Assembly (NCBI GenBank): GCA_036822015.1 | Contig: DAISIL010000002.1 | Coordinates: 1,141 to 11,267, forward strand | DNA length: 10,127 nucleotides | Direction of reading: 5' to 3' | Source of the DNA: Bernardetiaceae bacterium | GTDB lineage: Bacteria; Bacteroidota; Bacteroidia; Cytophagales; Bernardetiaceae | Shown: positions 6,109 through 10,127 of the stretch, one piece after another | How positions within the stretch are numbered: the first letter of the stretch is position 1 | How the letters are laid out: each line of letters begins with the position of its first letter | Notes under the pieces: generated by a model | The model's database searches: none | What the model saw: the letters and a program-made list of their open reading frames with translations, nothing else | Told to the model about the DNA's origin: nothing | Program-made: the position numbers and the translations under genes

Positions 6109-6761
6109 TTGGTCAGGATGTACATCTCCCGCTCGAGTCCCGTAGCAGAGCTATAAGGGCGTTGCTCGAGGGAGGAGAAGCCGGCCGCCTCAGACATCCG
6201 AGCCATATCTTCGGGATAGGGCATATAGCCCTCCAGGGTTCCCCACTCGGTTTCGACGCGGATGTATTTTCGGTCTATCTTTTTGCCGACGTATTTGATT
6301 TGATCGCGGGGTGCGTCGATGTATGCCTTGCCTTGTGGGTGGAGTTGGGAGTAGATGCGATGGAGGCAAAGCATTTGATCCTCGGGAGTTTGTTCGAGTA
6401 TGCCTGACCAGAGCCACAAGACAGCATCGACCGCTGTGGGCAGTTGTAGGTCTCGGATGTCTTGTTGGATCGGGCTTACGGGGGGGTGAGTAGTTTGTTC
6501 TTCGATCAGTTGCAATAGATGGGGGATACGATCGACGGCAAATATTTCTCCGGCGTATCCCATCTCGAGCAGCCCCAGGACACAACGCCCATAGCCTGCC
6601 CCTAGCTCGGCGATGCTTTGGGTGTCCACCAAATCAGGGAAGATCACTTGCAGGTCAGGGAGGGTATCAAAGCCCGTCAGTTGTGCCAGTTCATGGAACT
6701 TTTGGAGTTCCATTTTGCGGTAAAAGTCAAGGTTATCTGCTCGGATGGTGGAATGCGTCAT
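6105..6761 (-). CDS. Class I SAM-dependent methyltransferase
   Basis: The Rossmann motif I IAELGAGYGRCV is followed by an acidic motif II (IFAVD). The ATG at 6761-6759 is preferred because the TTG at 6785 used by the ORF track would overlap the upstream gene's stop at 6772-6774. The stop is TGA at 6107-6105. Confidence 0.8.
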   Translation of the reverse strand: MTHSTIRADNLDFYRKMELQKFHELAQLTGFDTLPDLQVIFPDLVDTQSIAELGAGYGRCVLGLLEMGYAGEIFAVDRIPHLLQLIEEQTTHPPVSPIQQDIRDLQLPTAVDAVLWLWSGILEQTPEDQMLCLHRIYSQLHPQGKAYIDAPRDQIKYVGKKIDRKYIRVETEWGTLEGYMPYPEDMARMSEAAGFSSLEQRPYSSATGLEREMYILTK

Positions 6762-6771
6762 GAAAGCAAAA

Positions 6772-7446
6772 TTACAAATTTTCAAAGAGGCGGCGTTTGA
6801 GCTGCTGAAATTCTTCTTCGGAGATTGTCCCTGCCTGGCGGAGTTCCATCAGTTCGTTGAGGCGATCCAGGGGGTCTTTGGCGGCGGTGGGTTGTACTTC
6901 TACCTCTACTTCGTCGGCCTCAGAAAACTCATCCTGGGCAGCCTTGCCCCGCTTGACAAACTCGTCCTGCATCTGTCGGGCAAACTGCTTGCCCTTCTCA
7001 AACTCCTGCTGATAAAAGCTCTTGACGGCTTCGGCATCGAAGTCCTCCAAAGTGCCGCCTTTCTCAAAATGCGTTACAAAAACACGCCCCGTCGCGTAGG
7101 TAGAAGCCCCCGAAAGGATCGCCATACTGACCCCGCCCACGACCGCACCCACGCCCGGAATCATCTTGATTGCCTGTGATCCCAACTTAGGCAACGCACT
7201 GCCAGCCAGTGTATTGAGCCAGGATTCTAGGTTGCGACGACGAAAATCAACGCCATAGATTTTACACAACTCATGTACCATATCTATTTGGATCGCCGTA
7301 ACGGCTACCATATCGGCCAGTGGGATCGGAATCAAGCCGGCCCCCAACGACCAACCTACCGATCGCTCCACGATACGCTCTGCCCGCTCGTTATCGGTAT
7401 CCATGCCCATTTTTTCCTTGAACTTATAGAAGAGATAATCTAACAT
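6772..7446 (-). CDS. DUF697-like domain protein with acidic linker and C-terminal SHOCT domain
   Basis: 224 aa. GWSLGAGLIPIPLADMVAVTAIQIDMVHELCKIYGVDF resembles the DUF697 (YcjF-like) core. The C-terminal DPLDRLNELMELRQAGTISEEEFQQLKRRL is a SHOCT (short C-terminal) motif. Between them is an acidic linker, EFSEADEVEVEV. It is the first gene of the minus-strand three-gene operon. Confidence 0.6.
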   Translation of the reverse strand: MLDYLFYKFKEKMGMDTDNERAERIVERSVGWSLGAGLIPIPLADMVAVTAIQIDMVHELCKIYGVDFRRRNLESWLNTLAGSALPKLGSQAIKMIPGVGAVVGGVSMAILSGASTYATGRVFVTHFEKGGTLEDFDAEAVKSFYQQEFEKGKQFARQMQDEFVKRGKAAQDEFSEADEVEVEVQPTAAKDPLDRLNELMELRQAGTISEEEFQQLKRRLFENL

Positions 7447-7608
7447 TGTCTTTATACAGATGATTCATAATGGTAACGGATCAAGGCAAATAATGGATTA
7501 GAAAAAAGATATAAAACCCGAAAAAGTTTTTTGACTGCCGTATTTTTTGTATCTTTCCCAATCCCTTGACCGTAATCCATTGTATTCACCGCCTAGCCCT
7601 TTGCGTTT
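7447..7608. promoter_or_regulatory. AT-rich divergent promoter region containing a perfect 9-bp inverted repeat (candidate operator)
   Basis: aatggatta at 7492-7500 and taatccatt at 7573-7581 are exact reverse complements, 72 nt apart. Two ttgac elements lie at 7541-7545 and 7566-7570. The repeats flank the region where promoters for both divergent transcription units must sit. Confidence 0.3.
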
Positions 7609-8250
7609 ATGTCCGCCAAAAAAGATACCCAGCCTGTGCGTCGTCGGCCGCTCAATGCCCTCCAACACATCGAAAAACAACATCCCTATGTGGTGATGCT
7701 CTACGTGGGCATGATTGGCATTTCAGCCATGTTTTTGTTTTTGTTATTTTCATTTCGTTTTTATGAAATTCAGGAGGAGGTCTTGGCGCGGTTTCGCTTT
7801 CCGACGGGCTTTGTCATCAGCACGTGTTTGCTCCTGATGAGCAGCCTAACGATTCATCAAGCGAAGTTGTCGTTTTATGAAGATGATTTTTTGCAGATGC
7901 GGCGTTATCTCCTGATTACTTTGGGCTTGGGTATTGGTTTTTCGGTTTGTCAAGTGGTGGGTTGGTATGAGTTGCAGGCCGCTGGGCTGGCTTGGGCAAG
8001 CCAAAACTCTACAACGTATCTCTATTTGGTCTCGGGGCTACACGTCTTGCACCTCCTGGGAGGCTTGGCTTTTGTGGGGGTGCAGGCATATAGCATCCAT
8101 CAAAAGTGCCACGATCCGGTAAAAGTGTTGATTGCCGTAACCAACCCTCACGAAAAAATGAAGCTAACCTTGATGACGCTCTACTGGCACTTCATGGATG
8201 GGCTTTGGGTGGTACTGTTTTTGTATTTCGTGATGGCGTTTTTGTTTTAA
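7609..8250 (+). CDS. Cytochrome c oxidase subunit III family membrane protein (stand-alone, COX3-like)
   Basis: 213 aa with about 5 TM helices. The C-terminal LTLMTLYWHFMDGLWVVLFLYFV matches the hallmark YWHFVDVVW motif of heme-copper oxidase subunit III. No subunit I or II gene is in the window. Confidence 0.6.
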   Translation: MSAKKDTQPVRRRPLNALQHIEKQHPYVVMLYVGMIGISAMFLFLLFSFRFYEIQEEVLARFRFPTGFVISTCLLLMSSLTIHQAKLSFYEDDFLQMRRYLLITLGLGIGFSVCQVVGWYELQAAGLAWASQNSTTYLYLVSGLHVLHLLGGLAFVGVQAYSIHQKCHDPVKVLIAVTNPHEKMKLTLMTLYWHFMDGLWVVLFLYFVMAFLF

Positions 8251-8260
8251 TGGCTCCTTG

Positions 8261-10114
8261 ATGCGGATACTTTTTTGGCTTAGTCTGATTATTGCTTACC
8301 CCTTGATGGGTCAGGAGGCTTGTTTTGATGTCAATATCACGACTGGATGCGCTCCTTTGACGGTGCAAGTCATTGATTGCTCGGGGGCAGCGGCGGGCAA
8401 TATCCTCTACGACTACGGCAACGGCAACAAGGTTACCCAAACGACATTTACTTACACCCAGGCCGGCACATACCCCATCACGCAGTACGTAGGTTCGGGG
8501 GCGGGCGGGGATTCGCTACGCAAAGAAAACCTCATCGTCGTCAGGGAACCTCAACCGATTGCCTTTGATCTGCTGCCTTGCCCAGACCAGGGGCTGCTCT
8601 TGATCCTGACCGACACCACCCGAGATACCTACACCATCGACCTCGGCGATGGCAACCGAGCCACCCTCAACGCCACCGATACCCTCATCCACTACTATCC
8701 CGATACCCAGCTACGCAACATCCGAGTACAGGGTACGCTCCCCAACTGCCCCTCCACCGATACCGTTTTTGCCCCGCAACCCAACCCAGCCACCATCACC
8801 ATCGACCGCCTCGAAGTCCTGGATGACCAACGCCTACAACTGACCCTCTCCCAAACCCCAGCCGTAGCAGACTACCAACTCGAGCAACAAACCGACAACG
8901 GGGCTTTTGTTGTCCTGCAAGACCTCCCCATCGGAACAGAGACCCTGATCCTGGATGGACTAGACCTCCCCAACCGCAGCTACAGCTACCGCATCAGTCA
9001 AACCAACCTTTGCACCGGTGGCCGTACCAGCGATCAGCCCATACGTACCACCTACGCCCGCCTCACCGTCGGGAACGGCAACCTCGGTCTCCAATGGACG
9101 GCCCAGCCCCTGGATAGCACCCAGTTTGAGGGTTACCAAATCACCAAAGACGGCAATGACTTCATCACGCTCCGCGACCCCCGCACCACAACCGCCGTGG
9201 ATGGCGACGTGCGTTGCCGCAGGCGATACTGTTATCGCATCACGGCCACGCTCACCGGCGGACGGCAGTCGGTTTCGCAGGAGGTCTGTGCCGATGCCCA
9301 ACTCACCCGCAGCCTACGCCCACCGGACTCCCTCCGCGTAACGGTCAATCGCGCCAACCAAATCGAACTTACCTGGGGTAGCCTCCTCGATTCACTCTTT
9401 AACCGGATGCGCTTCACCCGCCGCGATTCCGTCGGTATCGACACCCTCACCGGCAACGACAAAGCGGCATACATCGACTTTGGGGCCAACCCCAACGCAC
9501 AAGTCTTTTGCTATCAGGTAGGCTATCAGGATTTTTGTGGCAACCAGTCCACTTTTAGTGCTGCCGTATGCCCGATCCGCTTGCAGGTAACGACGGATTC
9601 GCTGCGTTTTGATCTTCGGTGGTCTGCCTATCAGGGGTCTTTTGAACCGCTGACCTACTACCTGCTCAAGTTGGACGAAGAGAGAAATGTACTTGATTCG
9701 ATTCCGGTGAGTAGTTTTCGCTTTGGTGAGCAGATCGCCGATCAGAGCCGGCAGGTGTTGCGCTTTCAAGTCGTGGCCGTGGGCAGCCAAACCGGCTTTG
9801 CGTATGCCTCCAACAGCTTGTTGGTGCGTCTGCCCTCCAGGATGCTCATCGCCGATGCCTTTACGCCCAACGGCGACGGACTCAACGACACCTTCGGCGG
9901 CGTAGGACGCTTCATCGAGACCTACGAACTACGCATCTTTAATGCCCTCGGCAATCCCATTTTTTACAGCGACAACCTAGAAACGCGCTGGGATGGCACC
10001 CGCAACAACGGAGAAGCCTTGCCAGCAGGCGTTTATTTTTTTCAGTTGCGGGCCACCGATCAGATCGGGCGCACCTACAACATCCGCAACACCGTAACTT
10101 TGATTCGGCGATAA
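8261..10114 (+). CDS. T9SS type-B C-terminal sorting domain (gliding-motility-associated CTD) cargo protein with PKD-like and Ig/fn3-like repeats
   Basis: The C-terminal ADAFTPNGDGLNDTFGGVG...AGVYFFQLRATDQIGRTYNIRNTVTLIR is the canonical T9SS type B / CHU_C sorting domain. The N-terminal CAPLTVQVIDCSG...YDYGNGN...TYTQAGTYPITQYV follows a PKD-like pattern. It has a signal-peptide-like start MRILFWLSLIIAYPLMGQ. The ATG at 8261 is preferred over the TTG at 8258. Confidence 0.85.
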   Translation: MRILFWLSLIIAYPLMGQEACFDVNITTGCAPLTVQVIDCSGAAAGNILYDYGNGNKVTQTTFTYTQAGTYPITQYVGSGAGGDSLRKENLIVVREPQPIAFDLLPCPDQGLLLILTDTTRDTYTIDLGDGNRATLNATDTLIHYYPDTQLRNIRVQGTLPNCPSTDTVFAPQPNPATITIDRLEVLDDQRLQLTLSQTPAVADYQLEQQTDNGAFVVLQDLPIGTETLILDGLDLPNRSYSYRISQTNLCTGGRTSDQPIRTTYARLTVGNGNLGLQWTAQPLDSTQFEGYQITKDGNDFITLRDPRTTTAVDGDVRCRRRYCYRITATLTGGRQSVSQEVCADAQLTRSLRPPDSLRVTVNRANQIELTWGSLLDSLFNRMRFTRRDSVGIDTLTGNDKAAYIDFGANPNAQVFCYQVGYQDFCGNQSTFSAAVCPIRLQVTTDSLRFDLRWSAYQGSFEPLTYYLLKLDEERNVLDSIPVSSFRFGEQIADQSRQVLRFQVVAVGSQTGFAYASNSLLVRLPSRMLIADAFTPNGDGLNDTFGGVGRFIETYELRIFNALGNPIFYSDNLETRWDGTRNNGEALPAGVYFFQLRATDQIGRTYNIRNTVTLIRR

Positions 10115-10127
10115 AAAAAATAAAAAA

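Noticed and set aside
6099-6800. 102-, 131-, 60- and 60-aa ORFs overlapping the methyltransferase gene
   Set aside because: They are shadow frames. The 131-aa ORF is Arg/Pro-rich, typical of a GC-rich antisense frame. The methyltransferase frame carries SAM-binding motif I.
6745-7179. 144-aa plus ORF antisense to the DUF697/SHOCT gene
   Set aside because: Leu/Lys/Phe low-complexity product. The minus-strand frame yields recognisable DUF697 and SHOCT signatures and sits in an operon arrangement with its neighbours.
7498-7766. 61-aa minus and 66-aa plus ORFs in and around the 7447-7608 intergenic region
   Set aside because: They are short, with no motifs. They overlap the AT-rich promoter region and the start of the COX3-like gene in another frame.
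8578-8850. Apparent nucleotide-level tandem repetition (…accaccgataccctcatccactactatcccgataccc…)
   Set aside because: On inspection it is not an exact tandem repeat. It reflects repeated Asp-Thr/Thr-Leu codons within homologous beta-strand segments of the cargo protein.
8377-9905. Pro/His/Ser/Arg-rich ORFs (63-132 aa) on both strands inside the T9SS cargo gene, including a striking HPRYLHHRPRRW... frame at 8578-8826
   Set aside because: These are alternative frames of a 617-aa ORF with a canonical T9SS type-B CTD and PKD-like domain. The apparent ACC/CCA periodicity is Thr/Pro-rich codon usage of beta-sandwich repeats, not a tandem DNA repeat.
1-10127. Search for CRISPR arrays, tRNA/rRNA genes, transposase or integrase genes and terminal inverted repeats
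   Set aside because: No regularly spaced direct repeats, no cloverleaf-compatible conserved tRNA boxes and no recognisable transposase or integrase ORFs were seen. The only evidence of mobility is the compositional shift at the left edge.

Overview
This window looks like a Bacteroidota chromosomal segment. The evidence is a T9SS type-B C-terminal sorting domain, lipobox lipoproteins and A-rich leaders, with about 55% GC. Thirteen protein-coding genes are called and no RNA genes, CRISPR arrays or obvious mobile-element genes. Left to right: (i) at the left edge, an AT-rich (about 34% GC by hand count) partial gene on the minus strand whose N-terminus carries clear PHP-domain motifs (DLHFHT, ITDHH). 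It is compositionally foreign to everything else in the window. (ii) Convergent housekeeping-like genes for an alpha/beta-hydrolase esterase and an NADPH-dependent FMN reductase. (iii) A secreted protein and a lipoprotein (DUF4249-like). (iv) The most interesting locus, 3180-4666. It holds a 368-aa protein whose N-terminal about 230 aa aligns motif-by-motif with the ThsA-type SIR2-like (Pfam SIR2_2) fold, but the canonical catalytic Asn (TTNYD to SVSPD) and His (KLHGS/KMHGD to NLFGA) are both replaced. This domain is fused to a C-terminal helical module of about 90 aa, resembling the effector-associated coupling domains of NTPase-linked conflict systems. Five nt downstream lies a small XRE-family HTH protein with a C-terminal coiled coil. 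(v) A DUF2892/YgaP-like small membrane protein. (vi) A tightly coupled minus-strand operon of DUF697+SHOCT protein, class I SAM methyltransferase and site-2 protease (M50, HEFGH/LDG motifs), with a GTGA start/stop overlap. (vii) A stand-alone cytochrome-oxidase-subunit-III-like membrane protein. (viii) A 617-aa PKD/fn3-like-repeat T9SS cargo protein. The candidate for an undescribed system is the degenerate-SIR2 + helical module + XRE-HTH gene pair. The PHP-domain fragment marks the edge of a probable horizontally acquired block that continues off-window.
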